From assembly GCF_046105845.1 (NCBI RefSeq), contig NZ_CP151004.1: a stretch of 64,000 nucleotides of DNA. The stretch is one strand, 5' to 3'. The notes below the pieces were generated by a model, which was given only the letters and a program-made list of their open reading frames with translations, did no database searches and was not told where the DNA came from. Numbering within the stretch: position 1 is the stretch's first letter; each line of letters starts with the position of its first letter. Positions 9,074 to 18,204 of the stretch are shown here, in pieces. The translations under genes were made by a program, and so were the position numbers. This DNA comes from Escherichia coli. GTDB lineage: Bacteria; Pseudomonadota; Gammaproteobacteria; Enterobacterales; Enterobacteriaceae.

Positions 9074-9537
9074 GCAGAGTAACCGCGATTATCTCAGCTC
9101 TGGTTATCTGCATCATCGTTTGCCTGTCATGGGCTGTTAATCATTACCGTGATAACGCCATCGCCTACAAAGAACAGCGTGATAAAAAAGTCAGTGAGCT
9201 GAAGCAGGCGACCGCCACCATTACTGACATGCAGCAACGCCAGCGTGCTGCTGATGCACTCGATGCTAAATACACGAAGGAGTTAGCTGATGCGAAAGCT
9301 GAAAATGATGCTCTTCGGCGCAAGCTTGATAATGGTGGCAGGGTGCTCGTCAAAGGAAAATGCCCTGTGCCATCCTCAGCCGAAACCTCCGGCGCCTCCG
9401 GCATGGGCAATGATGCCACCGTCGAACTCTCTCCAGTTGCTGGACGAAACGTTCTCGGTGTCCGGGACGGAATTATCCGCGACCAAACAGCACTGAGAAC
9501 GCTTCAGGAATACATCAGGACGCAATGCCTTCGATGA
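9070..9537 (+). CDS. Rz: Inner-membrane spanin Rz
   Basis: 155 aa, N-terminal TM helix then coiled coil; follows R. Confidence 0.9.
   Translation: MSRVTAIISALVICIIVCLSWAVNHYRDNAIAYKEQRDKKVSELKQATATITDMQQRQRAADALDAKYTKELADAKAENDALRRKLDNGGRVLVKGKCPVPSSAETSGASGMGNDATVELSPVAGRNVLGVRDGIIRDQTALRTLQEYIRTQCLR
9290..9496 (+). CDS. Rz1: Outer-membrane lipoprotein spanin Rz1, embedded in +1 frame of Rz
   Basis: [21 protein letters not shown] lipobox, proline-rich; wholly inside Rz. Confidence 0.75.
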   Translation: MRKLKMMLFGASLIMVAGCSSKENALCHPQPKPPAPPAWAMMPPSNSLQLLDETFSVSGTELSATKQH

Positions 9538-9711
9538 TAGCGATAATTTTACTCATCATCCTTCACATCTGGCTCTGTAGACAGGGTGGTGAACACTTCT
9601 GGAGTGAATCCAGATTAAACATCTCATTGCTGATGCTTGATATTGAGCATCTGGCGCGCGGTAAGGGGCTGCGTTGAGATAAGAGCCAGTCATTACAAAT
9701 ACCAGGATTTA

Positions 9712-9736
9712 GCCTCGCATTTGCGGGGCTTTTTTA
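9712..9736 (+). terminator. Rho-independent terminator after lysis cassette
   Basis: Hairpin GCCTCGCATTTGCGGGGC followed by TTTTTT. Confidence 0.6.
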
Positions 9737-9880
9737 CATCTGCAGTAAACCGCGCATCGCAGCGCGTAACAATCCCGAGTCTTTCAGAAAGCTGAGCCTG
9801 AGAACTGCCGTATATGGTGGCGACCATCTCGGGGCGGCTTTTCTGTGCGAACAGGCTCATCTTTCTAAAAGGTAAACGCT

Positions 9881-10366
9881 ATGAATAACTTTGTTGAAAT
9901 TACCTCAAGAATTGGTCGCATGTACCAAGATTTTCTTATAAGTGGAAAGGGGTCTGGCGACATCATAGAGGAAATTGACAAGCTAAGTGCAGAGCTGAGA
10001 AGGAATGGGTGTGTTAATTCTATCTTTTTTGAAACTTTGCTAAAGCAAGGCTTCATGTTTGACATGATTAATTACAACAAAGTCGCACCCAGTGCTTCGC
10101 AAAAATCATATGTGTACGTTCTGCATGCTGAAGATAGTGGGCTAACAAAAATAGGGTTTAGTCGCAGGGTTAATAAACGAATTTCAGAGATATCTCGCAT
10201 GAGTGGTGGGAAGCTAAATCTAATTGCAAAGATTCCGGCCGATAGAGAGCTTGAAACCAAATTGCACCAAAAATATTACAACTATAGGTCGCACGGGGAG
10301 TGGTTTAGTCTCAATCGTTGTCATTTGAAAGAGCTAAAAGAAATGCCTGGTAACGAACTGAAATAA
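9881..10366 (+). CDS. T5orf172 / GIY-YIG-like domain protein (161 aa), accessory gene
   Basis: C-terminal half has YVYVL...TKIGFS...R...E...EWF pattern typical of T5orf172 (GIY-YIG superfamily); AT-rich; flanked by terminators. Confidence 0.65.
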   Translation: MNNFVEITSRIGRMYQDFLISGKGSGDIIEEIDKLSAELRRNGCVNSIFFETLLKQGFMFDMINYNKVAPSASQKSYVYVLHAEDSGLTKIGFSRRVNKRISEISRMSGGKLNLIAKIPADRELETKLHQKYYNYRSHGEWFSLNRCHLKELKEMPGNELK

Positions 10367-10542
10367 TCCCCGGACTCACTAATTAACGGCAGTACAGCGA
10401 AACGACCCAAGCCAGTAAGTGGGGAAATAACACTGGCAGCCACTGAAAGATGAACCTCCTGCCTTATGGCAAAAAAGATTCTTTGTGGCGGCGGACTGAT
10501 GGAAGGACATCCTAATTTCAGCCAAACATTGAAGGAGTTGTT

Positions 10543-10614
10543 ATGTCAGCAGAAGGTTTCAATAACCCATCAAAATTCCGGGATGAGTGGGATAGCAGCG
10601 TAAAGAGTAAGTGA
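10543..10614 (+). CDS. Possible 23-aa small peptide (MSAEGFNNPSKFRDEWDSSVKSK)
   Basis: ATG preceded by AAGGAG at optimal spacing inside a 350-bp gap; too short to assess otherwise. Confidence 0.2.
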   Translation: MSAEGFNNPSKFRDEWDSSVKSK

Positions 10615-10719
10615 TGCCATCACAAAAGCCATTCCCTACAGAGTGGCTTTGATAATGGCTTATACCCTACACGGGATAACTTAACTGATATCCCTTTTAA
10701 CGGATAAACGGAGCCAACA

Positions 10720-10962
10720 ATGGCAGAGATTATTCCCATGACTGAAGAACAGAAATTCCAGTTAGAGATTTACAAACTGGTCATGAACCAGAACGCAGCC
10801 GCAGAAGAAGCATTTCAGTTCATTGGCACTGACGAACTGAAGCTTGAGCTATTCAAAATTCACTTCCAGTCAGGCGGCGCTAATTCAGATATCACGACCC
10901 GCACTATCGAAGCGGTGCGTAAATCGAAGGAAGCGTTAGACCTGTTCACTACCGGAGCATGA
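10720..10962 (+). CDS. Hypothetical acidic protein (80 aa), accessory gene
   Basis: ATG with GGAG RBS; helical acidic product; followed by an ORF starting 2 nt after its stop. Confidence 0.55.
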   Translation: MAEIIPMTEEQKFQLEIYKLVMNQNAAAEEAFQFIGTDELKLELFKIHFQSGGANSDITTRTIEAVRKSKEALDLFTTGA

Positions 10963-10963
10963 T

Positions 10964-11143
10964 GTGAGCCGCGTAATCAATTTGGGTAAGGAGAAGAAAT
11001 TCCCAATTACTCAAGAGCTATACGAGAGGCTGGAAAGCGTCATCCATGATTACGATGGTGAAATCAGTTTATGCGAGGCGATTGGTACACTCGAATTGCT
11101 GAAGCAGTCACTGATTGAAGGCGCGAAAGAGTCCTTAACCTGA
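10964..11143 (+). CDS. Hypothetical small protein (59 aa, GTG start) coupled to upstream gene
   Basis: GTG ORF found by eye (VSRVINLGKEKKFPITQELYERLESVIHDYDG...), ends before a terminator. Confidence 0.4.
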   Translation: MSRVINLGKEKKFPITQELYERLESVIHDYDGEISLCEAIGTLELLKQSLIEGAKESLT

Positions 11144-11168
11144 AATAACGATTAAGTGAGATGAATAT

Positions 11169-11194
11169 GGCAGCACTCAACATGCTGCCTTTTA
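11169..11194. terminator. Bidirectional rho-independent terminator between convergent small-gene pairs
   Basis: Hairpin GGCAGCACTCAACATGCTGCC with T-run on plus strand and A-run upstream. Confidence 0.55.
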
Positions 11195-11206
11195 TCGTTG
11201 ATTAGT

Positions 11207-11446
11207 TTAACCGCGAGCTTCACGACCGTTTTCGTCTTCAGGCACACGGAAACGCCAGTACTTGTCTGGCTTAACCCAAACGACATCATTGCCACTATCA
11301 ACTCTAAATGCATTTATAACTTTGGTTGAAAGTACTTGGTTGCCATCTGCATTTTCTTTCAGGTGCTGCTCATTACCTGTCTTTATCAGGTAATCGACAA
11401 CATCTTGTTGATAAAGGCATCTGTCAGTTACTAATGCGGACATCAT
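11207..11446 (-). CDS. Hypothetical protein (79 aa), accessory gene
   Basis: ORF 44 bp downstream of the DUF2158 gene on the same strand. Confidence 0.45.
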   Translation of the reverse strand: MMSALVTDRCLYQQDVVDYLIKTGNEQHLKENADGNQVLSTKVINAFRVDSGNDVVWVKPDKYWRFRVPEDENGREARG

Positions 11447-11490
11447 CCACTTTGTTATATCAGCAACTTTTAAATGAGACGCGCTTGGGC

Positions 11491-11703
11491 TTATGGCTTT
11501 GGGTTTGTGTCCGTTAAAGACTCTTCAGCAAAGTGTCCTTTCTCAAGTTTTTTCCCTGCAAACCATTGGCATGTGTATGTTCCAGTAAAAGAACCTCCGT
11601 ATTCGTGGATTTCGTATACAGACATCTCAGGACCGCCTGATTTCAAATATACGGAATCGCCAATTTTAAATAACGCTTTTCTTACAGTTGAAGATTTGCT
11701 CAT
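11491..11703 (-). CDS. DUF2158 (YodC-like) small protein (70 aa)
   Basis: FKIGDSVYLKSGGPEMSV...CQWF pattern typical of YodC/DUF2158; AAGGTG RBS upstream. Confidence 0.6.
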   Translation of the reverse strand: MSKSSTVRKALFKIGDSVYLKSGGPEMSVYEIHEYGGSFTGTYTCQWFAGKKLEKGHFAEESLTDTNPKP

Positions 11704-11729
11704 AACTAATCACCTTCATAAGAGAAAAC

Positions 11730-12257
11730 ATGGCACTCACCGACAAGCAAGAGATGTTCTGTCGCGAGTACCTCATCGATTTAAATGCCACGCAAGCGGC
11801 TATTCGGGCGGGGTACAGCGCAAAGACAGCTAACCGTACCGCATCCGAAAACCTGTCAAAACCTGACATCAAGTTAAGAATCTCCGAACTGAAAGCGCAA
11901 CGCAATGATCTTGTTGGTATTAATGCAGAATATGTACTTAACCGCCTTATTGAAATCGACCAGATGGATGTGCTCGACATTCTCCTGCAAAACGGTGAGT
12001 TAAAGCCCATTAAAGACTGGCCTAAGGTATGGCGCACAACGCTATCAGGAATGGATGTCGTGGAGATGGTATCCGCAGATAGTGCCGCACTTCTGAAGAA
12101 AATCAAATGGCCTGATAAGGTCAAAAACCTCGAACTTCTTGGTAAGCATGTTTCCGTTCAGGCATTTAAAGAACAAGCTTCTCACGAGCTAACCGGTAAA
12201 GACGGCGGCGCAATCCAGATTGAAACATCACCGATGAGCACTCTATTCGGAAAATGA
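11730..12257 (+). CDS. Terminase small subunit
   Basis: 175 aa; N-terminal HTH (DKQEMFCREYLIDLNATQAAIRAGYS); directly upstream of large terminase. Confidence 0.85.
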   Translation: MALTDKQEMFCREYLIDLNATQAAIRAGYSAKTANRTASENLSKPDIKLRISELKAQRNDLVGINAEYVLNRLIEIDQMDVLDILLQNGELKPIKDWPKVWRTTLSGMDVVEMVSADSAALLKKIKWPDKVKNLELLGKHVSVQAFKEQASHELTGKDGGAIQIETSPMSTLFGK

Positions 12258-13666
12258 CCTCGATTAATCCTATCTTTGAACCGTTCATTGAGGCGCATCG
12301 CTACAAAGTCGCCAAAGGCGGTCGAGGTAGCGGTAAGTCATGGGCAATTGCGAGGCTGCTTGTTGAAGCGGCGCGCCGGCAGCCTGTGCGCATCCTCTGT
12401 GCTCGTGAACTGCAAAACAGTATCAGCGATTCGGTAATCCGGTTGCTTGAAGACACCATAGAGCGGGAAGGGTATTCGGCTGAGTTTGAAATTCAGCGTT
12501 CCATGATTCGTCATCTCGGAACGAATGCCGAATTCATGTTCTACGGCATCAAAAACAACCCGACAAAGATTAAATCGCTCGAAGGTATTGATATCTGCTG
12601 GGTGGAGGAAGCGGAAGCGGTAACGAAGGAATCGTGGGATATCCTGATACCAACCATCCGTAAGCCGTTCTCTGAAATATGGGTAAGCTTCAACCCGAAA
12701 AACATCCTCGACGATACCTATCAGCGATTCGTCGTAAACCCTCCTGATGATATTTGTCTGCTGACGGTGAACTACACCGACAACCCGCACTTTCCTGAAG
12801 TTCTCCGTCTGGAGATGGAAGAGTGTAAACGCAGAAATCCGACACTGTATCGTCACATCTGGCTTGGTGAGCCAGTAAGCGCAAGTGATATGGCAATCAT
12901 CAAACGTGAATGGCTTGAAGCCGCAACCGATGCGCACAAGAAACTCGGATGGAAAGCGAAAGGCGCTGTTGTCTCTGCGCATGACCCGTCAGATACAGGA
13001 CCAGATGCTAAAGGTTATGCATCGCGTCACGGTTCGGTAGTTAAGCGCATTGCCGAAGGTCTGCTGATGGACATCAACGAGGGTGCTGACTGGGCTACTT
13101 CGCTGGCGATTGAAGACGGCGCTGACCACTACCTGTGGGATGGTGATGGTGTTGGTGCTGGGCTACGCAGACAGACAACGGAAGCGTTCTCCGGCAAGAA
13201 AATCACCGCCACGATGTTCAAGGGCAGCGAATCGCCATTCGATGAAGATGCTCCGTATCAGGCCGGAGCATGGGCTGATGAAGTCGTACAGGGCGACAAC
13301 GTTCGCACTATTGGCGATGTATTCCGCAATAAGCGAGCGCAATTCTATTACGCGCTCGCTGACAGGCTGTATCTGACATATCGGGCGGTTGTTCACGGTG
13401 AGTATGCAGACCCCGACGACATGCTGAGTTTCGACAAAGAAGCGATAGGCGAGAAGATGCTGGAGAAGCTGTTTGCAGAACTGACGCAGATTCAGCGCAA
13501 ATTCAATAACAACGGGAAGCTGGAGCTAATGACTAAGGTCGAAATGAAGCAGAAGCTCGGCATTCCATCTCCTAACCTGGCTGATGCGCTAATGATGTGT
13601 ATGCATTGCCCGGCATTGGTCCGCGAAGAAACTGAAATATACGTTCCCTCATCCTCCGGTTGGTAA
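12254..13666 (+). CDS. Terminase large subunit
   Basis: 470 aa; Walker A GGRGSGKS; C-terminal nuclease domain. Confidence 0.95.
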   Translation: MTSINPIFEPFIEAHRYKVAKGGRGSGKSWAIARLLVEAARRQPVRILCARELQNSISDSVIRLLEDTIEREGYSAEFEIQRSMIRHLGTNAEFMFYGIKNNPTKIKSLEGIDICWVEEAEAVTKESWDILIPTIRKPFSEIWVSFNPKNILDDTYQRFVVNPPDDICLLTVNYTDNPHFPEVLRLEMEECKRRNPTLYRHIWLGEPVSASDMAIIKREWLEAATDAHKKLGWKAKGAVVSAHDPSDTGPDAKGYASRHGSVVKRIAEGLLMDINEGADWATSLAIEDGADHYLWDGDGVGAGLRRQTTEAFSGKKITATMFKGSESPFDEDAPYQAGAWADEVVQGDNVRTIGDVFRNKRAQFYYALADRLYLTYRAVVHGEYADPDDMLSFDKEAIGEKMLEKLFAELTQIQRKFNNNGKLELMTKVEMKQKLGIPSPNLADALMMCMHCPALVREETEIYVPSSSGW

Positions 13667-13668
13667 AC

Positions 13669-15795
13669 ATGGCTGAGACATTAGAGAAAAAACATGAGCG
13701 GATCATGCTCAGGTTTGACCGCGCCTATTCTCCACAGCAGGAAGTGCGCGAAAAGTGCATTGAAGCTACGAGGTTTGCTCGTGTCCCCGGAGGTCAATGG
13801 GAAGGAGCAACGGCGGCTGGAACTAAGCTTGATGAGCAGTTCGAGAAGTATCCTAAGTTTGAAATCAATAAGGTAGCAACTGAACTTAACCGCATCATTG
13901 CAGAATACCGCAATAACAGAATCACCGTTAAGTTTCGTCCTGGTGACAGAGAGGCAAGCGAAGAGTTAGCCAATAAATTAAATGGTCTGTTCCGTGCTGA
14001 CTACGAAGAAACTGATGGCGGTGAGGCTTGCGATAATGCATTTGACGACGCTGCTACTGGTGGTTTCGGTTGCTTCCGTTTGACGTCGATGCTGGTCAAT
14101 GAATACGACCCCATGGACGATCGTCAGCGTATTGCTATTGAACCAATATACGACCCGTCGCGCTCTGTGTGGTTTGACCCTGACGCTAAGAAGTACGACA
14201 AATCTGACGCGTTGTGGGCGTTCTGCATGTATTCGTTGTCACCTGAAAAATATGAGGCTGAATACGGAAAGAAACCTCCTGCTTCTCTGGATGTAACGTC
14301 TATGACCAGTTGGGAATATGACTGGTTTGATGCAGATGTTATTTACATAGCGAAGTATTACGAAGTTCGTAAAGAGTCTGTTGACGTCATCAGTTATCGA
14401 CATCCAATCACTGGAGAGATTGCAACATACGACAGTGATCAGGTTGAAGATATTGAAGATGAACTGGCAATAGCTGGATTTCAGGAAGTGGCAAGGCGCT
14501 CAGTGAAGCGCCGTCGTGTGTATGTATCCGTAGTGGATGGTGATGGTTTCCTTGAGAAACCTCGACGTATTCCTGGTGAGCATATCCCCCTCATCCCGGT
14601 TTATGGAAAACGCTGGTTCATTGATGACATTGAGCGTGTCGAAGGACATATTGCAAAAGCAATGGATCCACAGCGTTTGTATAACCTTCAGGTATCAATG
14701 CTGGCTGATACTGCAGCGCAAGACCCCGGTCAGATCCCTATAGTTGGCATGGAGCAAATTCGTGGACTTGAGAAGCACTGGGAGGCTCGCAACAAGAAAC
14801 GCCCAGCGTTCTTGCCGTTGCGCGAAGTGAGAGATAAATCTGGCAACATTATCGCTGGAGCTACCCCGGCAGGATATACACAGCCTGCGGTTATGAATCA
14901 GGCATTGGCTGCATTACTACAGCAAACCAGTGCTGATATTCAGGAGGTTACAGGCGGCAGTCAGGCCATGCAGCAGATGCCAAGTAATATTGCTCAGGAA
15001 ACGGTTAACAACTTGATGAACAGAGCAGATATGGCTTCGTTTATCTATCTGGACAATATGGCGAAAAGTCTTAAACGCGCTGGTGAAGTATGGCTGTCAA
15101 TGGCGCGTGAAGTGTACGGTTCAGAGCGTGAAGTGCGCATCGTTAACGAAGATGGAAGTGATGATATCGCTGTCCTGAGCGCACAGGTTGTTGACAGGCA
15201 AACAGGGGCTGTTGTTGCGTTAAATGACCTTTCTGTCGGTCGATACGATGTGACGGTTGATGTTGGACCAAGCTACACAGCACGACGTGATGCAACGGTT
15301 TCTGTACTGACAAATGTCCTTAGCTCTATGCTTCCAACAGACCCAATGCGCCCGGCAATTCAGGGTATTATTCTGGACAATATCGATGGCGAAGGCCTTG
15401 ATGACTTCAAAGAGTACAACCGAAACCAACTGCTGATATCTGGTATTGCAAAACCACGCAATGAGAAAGAGCAGCAGATTGTTCAACAGGCGCAAATGGC
15501 AGCACAAAGCCAGCCAAATCCTGAAATGGTTCTCGCTCAGGCGCAAATGGTAGCAGCGCAGGCAGAAGCGCAAAAAGCAACTAACGAAACCGCTCAAACT
15601 CAAATCAAAGCATTTACTGCCCAGCAGGATGCGATGGAGAGTCAGGCAAACACTGTCTATAAACTGGCTCAAGCCAGAAACATCGATGACAAAGCAGTGA
15701 TGGAGGCAATACGCCTTCTGAAAGATGTCGCCGAGTCACAACAACAGCAATTCCAGTCACCACCACAGTCACCGGCAGACTTAATGCCGAGTTAA
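13669..15795 (+). CDS. Portal protein (P22 gp1 / Sf6 gp3-like)
   Basis: About 708 aa; motif AGEHIPLIPVYG resembles P22 portal; ORF-track start at 13660 is a TTG extension, ATG at 13669 preferred. Confidence 0.9.
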   Translation: MAETLEKKHERIMLRFDRAYSPQQEVREKCIEATRFARVPGGQWEGATAAGTKLDEQFEKYPKFEINKVATELNRIIAEYRNNRITVKFRPGDREASEELANKLNGLFRADYEETDGGEACDNAFDDAATGGFGCFRLTSMLVNEYDPMDDRQRIAIEPIYDPSRSVWFDPDAKKYDKSDALWAFCMYSLSPEKYEAEYGKKPPASLDVTSMTSWEYDWFDADVIYIAKYYEVRKESVDVISYRHPITGEIATYDSDQVEDIEDELAIAGFQEVARRSVKRRRVYVSVVDGDGFLEKPRRIPGEHIPLIPVYGKRWFIDDIERVEGHIAKAMDPQRLYNLQVSMLADTAAQDPGQIPIVGMEQIRGLEKHWEARNKKRPAFLPLREVRDKSGNIIAGATPAGYTQPAVMNQALAALLQQTSADIQEVTGGSQAMQQMPSNIAQETVNNLMNRADMASFIYLDNMAKSLKRAGEVWLSMAREVYGSEREVRIVNEDGSDDIAVLSAQVVDRQTGAVVALNDLSVGRYDVTVDVGPSYTARRDATVSVLTNVLSSMLPTDPMRPAIQGIILDNIDGEGLDDFKEYNRNQLLISGIAKPRNEKEQQIVQQAQMAAQSQPNPEMVLAQAQMVAAQAEAQKATNETAQTQIKAFTAQQDAMESQANTVYKLAQARNIDDKAVMEAIRLLKDVAESQQQQFQSPPQSPADLMPS

Positions 15796-15808
15796 CCAGG
15801 AGTAATCA

Positions 15809-16693
15809 ATGGAAAACGAACTGATCATCGACGGTCAGGTTATTGACCTGTCTGAAACACAGGAAAATGCAGAAGAAACCATCATCCAAACAGAGTCACA
15901 GCCTGAGAATGAAAGCCAGGATGACAACGGAAAAGAGATGGCAACTGATCCTGAAAAAACCGAAGAGACACCAGAAGATTACGCCTTGCGTATTGGTGAT
16001 GAAGAAATTCAGCTTAACGCTGACGATGATGATCACATTGACGGGCAGCCTGCACCGCAATGGGTGAAAGATCTTCGCAAAGGCTTCAAAGAAACACAGA
16101 AAGAAAACCGTGAGTTGCGCCGCCAGCTTGAGGAAGCATTAGCCAAGCCTGCGGAACATCAGCAACCACAACCAGACGCTATTCCACCAAAACCGACTCT
16201 TGAGTCGTGTGATTATGACGAACAGGCGTTTGAACAGGCATTGACTGATTGGCATGAGAAAAAAGGCCGTGTCGAACAGCAGCAGCAACAAAAACTACGT
16301 CAGCAACAGGAATACCAACAGCGTTTCCAGCAAAGGGTAGAAGCGCATAAACAACGGGCAGCCAAACTTCCTGTGAAAGATTATCAGGAAATGGAGGCCA
16401 TTGTTCTTAGTGAGCTACCACCAATTCAGCAGGAAATCATCATTCACTGTGCAGATGAAGGCTCTGAACTACTCGCCTATGGCTTAGGTAAGAGCCAGCA
16501 ATTACGCCAGCGTGTAGCCGCTGAGACAGATCCAATTCGCGCAGCATTCCTCTTGGGGCAGATTAGCAAACAGGTAAGCCTTGCTCCAAAACCAAAGAAA
16601 GCCATCAAGCCAGAGCCGGAAGTACGTGGTGGCGGTGCTGATGCGAAACAAGACGAATTCAACAAATTATGCCCCGGCGCAAAAATCGAATAA
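15809..16693 (+). CDS. Scaffolding protein
   Basis: 294 aa, acidic, Q/E-rich coiled coil; between portal and coat. Confidence 0.8.
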   Translation: MENELIIDGQVIDLSETQENAEETIIQTESQPENESQDDNGKEMATDPEKTEETPEDYALRIGDEEIQLNADDDDHIDGQPAPQWVKDLRKGFKETQKENRELRRQLEEALAKPAEHQQPQPDAIPPKPTLESCDYDEQAFEQALTDWHEKKGRVEQQQQQKLRQQQEYQQRFQQRVEAHKQRAAKLPVKDYQEMEAIVLSELPPIQQEIIIHCADEGSELLAYGLGKSQQLRQRVAAETDPIRAAFLLGQISKQVSLAPKPKKAIKPEPEVRGGGADAKQDEFNKLCPGAKIE

Positions 16694-16704
16694 GGAAAAG
16701 ATAA

Positions 16705-17976
16705 ATGCCTAACAATCTCGACAGTAACGTCAGTCAAATCGTTCTGAAAAAATTCCTTCCGGGTTTTATGTCAGATTTAGTTCTGGCGAAAACCGTAGAC
16801 CGTCAGTTGCTGGCAGGTGAAATCAACTCCAGCACTGGCGATAGCGTTAGCTTTAAACGTCCGCATCAATTCTCATCCCTCCGTACTCCAACTGGTGATA
16901 TTTCAGGGCAAAATAAAAACAACCTGATCTCAGGTAAAGCTACTGGGCGTGTAGGTAACTACATCACTGTTGCTGTTGAATATCAGCAACTGGAGGAAGC
17001 GATCAAGCTTAACCAACTGGAAGAAATTCTCGCGCCGGTTCGCCAGCGAATCGTTACCGACCTTGAAACAGAGCTTGCTCACTTCATGATGAATAACGGT
17101 GCGTTGTCACTTGGTAGCCCCAATACTCCAATCACCAAATGGTCTGATGTTGCGCAGACGGCATCTTTCCTGAAAGACCTCGGCGTTAATGAAGGTGAAA
17201 ACTATGCTGTAATGGATCCATGGTCTGCACAGCGACTTGCTGATGCGCAGACTGGTTTGCACGCTTCAGATCAATTGGTTCGTACTGCATGGGAGAATGC
17301 ACAGATCCCGACCAATTTTGGCGGCATTCGCGCACTGATGTCTAATGGGCTTGCCTCTCGTACTCAGGGGGCATTTGGCGGAACACTGACAGTCAAAACA
17401 CAGCCAACTGTTACCTATAACGCAGTTAAAGACTCATACCAGTTCACTGTAACATTGACCGGAGCGACAACCAGCGTTACAGGTTTCCTGAAAGCTGGTG
17501 ATCAGGTTAAATTCACCAATACCTACTGGCTGCAACAGCAGACCAAACAGGCGTTGTATAACGGAGCCACACCAATTAGCTTCACTGCAACGGTTACTGC
17601 TGATGCTGATTCAGACGGCAGTGGCGATGTGACGGTTACGCTTTCTGGTGTTCCGATTTATGACACTACAAACCCGCAGTACAACTCTGTAAGTCGTCAG
17701 GTAGCGGCAGGCGATGCCGTATCTGTAGTAGGCACTGCTAGCCAGACAATGAAGCCAAACCTGTTCTATAACAAGTTCTTCTGTGGACTTGGCTCTATCC
17801 CACTGCCGAAACTGCACAGTATTGATTCTGCTGTTGCAACATATGAAGGTTTCTCCATCCGCGTACATAAATACGCAGATGGCGATGCCAACGTGCAAAA
17901 AATGCGCTTTGACTTACTGCCTGCATATGTGTGCTTTAACCCTCACATGGGCGGTCAGTTCTTCGGTAATCCGTAA
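16705..17976 (+). CDS. Major coat protein (Sf6/P22 gp5-like)
   Basis: 423 aa; position and size match the Sf6-type coat. Confidence 0.9.
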   Translation: MPNNLDSNVSQIVLKKFLPGFMSDLVLAKTVDRQLLAGEINSSTGDSVSFKRPHQFSSLRTPTGDISGQNKNNLISGKATGRVGNYITVAVEYQQLEEAIKLNQLEEILAPVRQRIVTDLETELAHFMMNNGALSLGSPNTPITKWSDVAQTASFLKDLGVNEGENYAVMDPWSAQRLADAQTGLHASDQLVRTAWENAQIPTNFGGIRALMSNGLASRTQGAFGGTLTVKTQPTVTYNAVKDSYQFTVTLTGATTSVTGFLKAGDQVKFTNTYWLQQQTKQALYNGATPISFTATVTADADSDGSGDVTVTLSGVPIYDTTNPQYNSVSRQVAAGDAVSVVGTASQTMKPNLFYNKFFCGLGSIPLPKLHSIDSAVATYEGFSIRVHKYADGDANVQKMRFDLLPAYVCFNPHMGGQFFGNP

Positions 17977-17980
17977 TAAC

Positions 17981-18003
17981 AAGGGGCTTACGCCCCTTTT
18001 ATG
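17981..18003 (+). terminator. Rho-independent terminator after coat gene
   Basis: Hairpin AGGGGCTTACGCCCCT followed by TTTTATGTTTT. Confidence 0.6.
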
Positions 18004-18018
18004 TTTTAAGGAAACAAT

Positions 18019-18204
18019 ATGGATCGCATGAGTGTATTCCTTGCCGCAGATAACGAATCCGGGCATGTACAGGCCGTTATCGCAGAAAAAGACTTCCAGT
18101 TTTTCGAAAAGTTGGGCTTTGTTGCCTCAGTTGATGAATTGAAACCGACCAGTAAGCGAGGTCGTAAGGCGGCAGACAATGGCAACAGTACTGACAAAGG
18201 GTGA
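18019..18204 (+). CDS. Small hypothetical protein (61 aa) between coat and gp4-like genes
   Basis: ORF after coat terminator, overlapping start of next gene. Confidence 0.4.
   Translation: MDRMSVFLAADNESGHVQAVIAEKDFQFFEKLGFVASVDELKPTSKRGRKAADNGNSTDKG

Noticed and set aside
12338-12982. 214-aa minus-strand ORF
   Set aside because: Entirely antisense to the large terminase gene, which has strong motif support; no RBS or family signal
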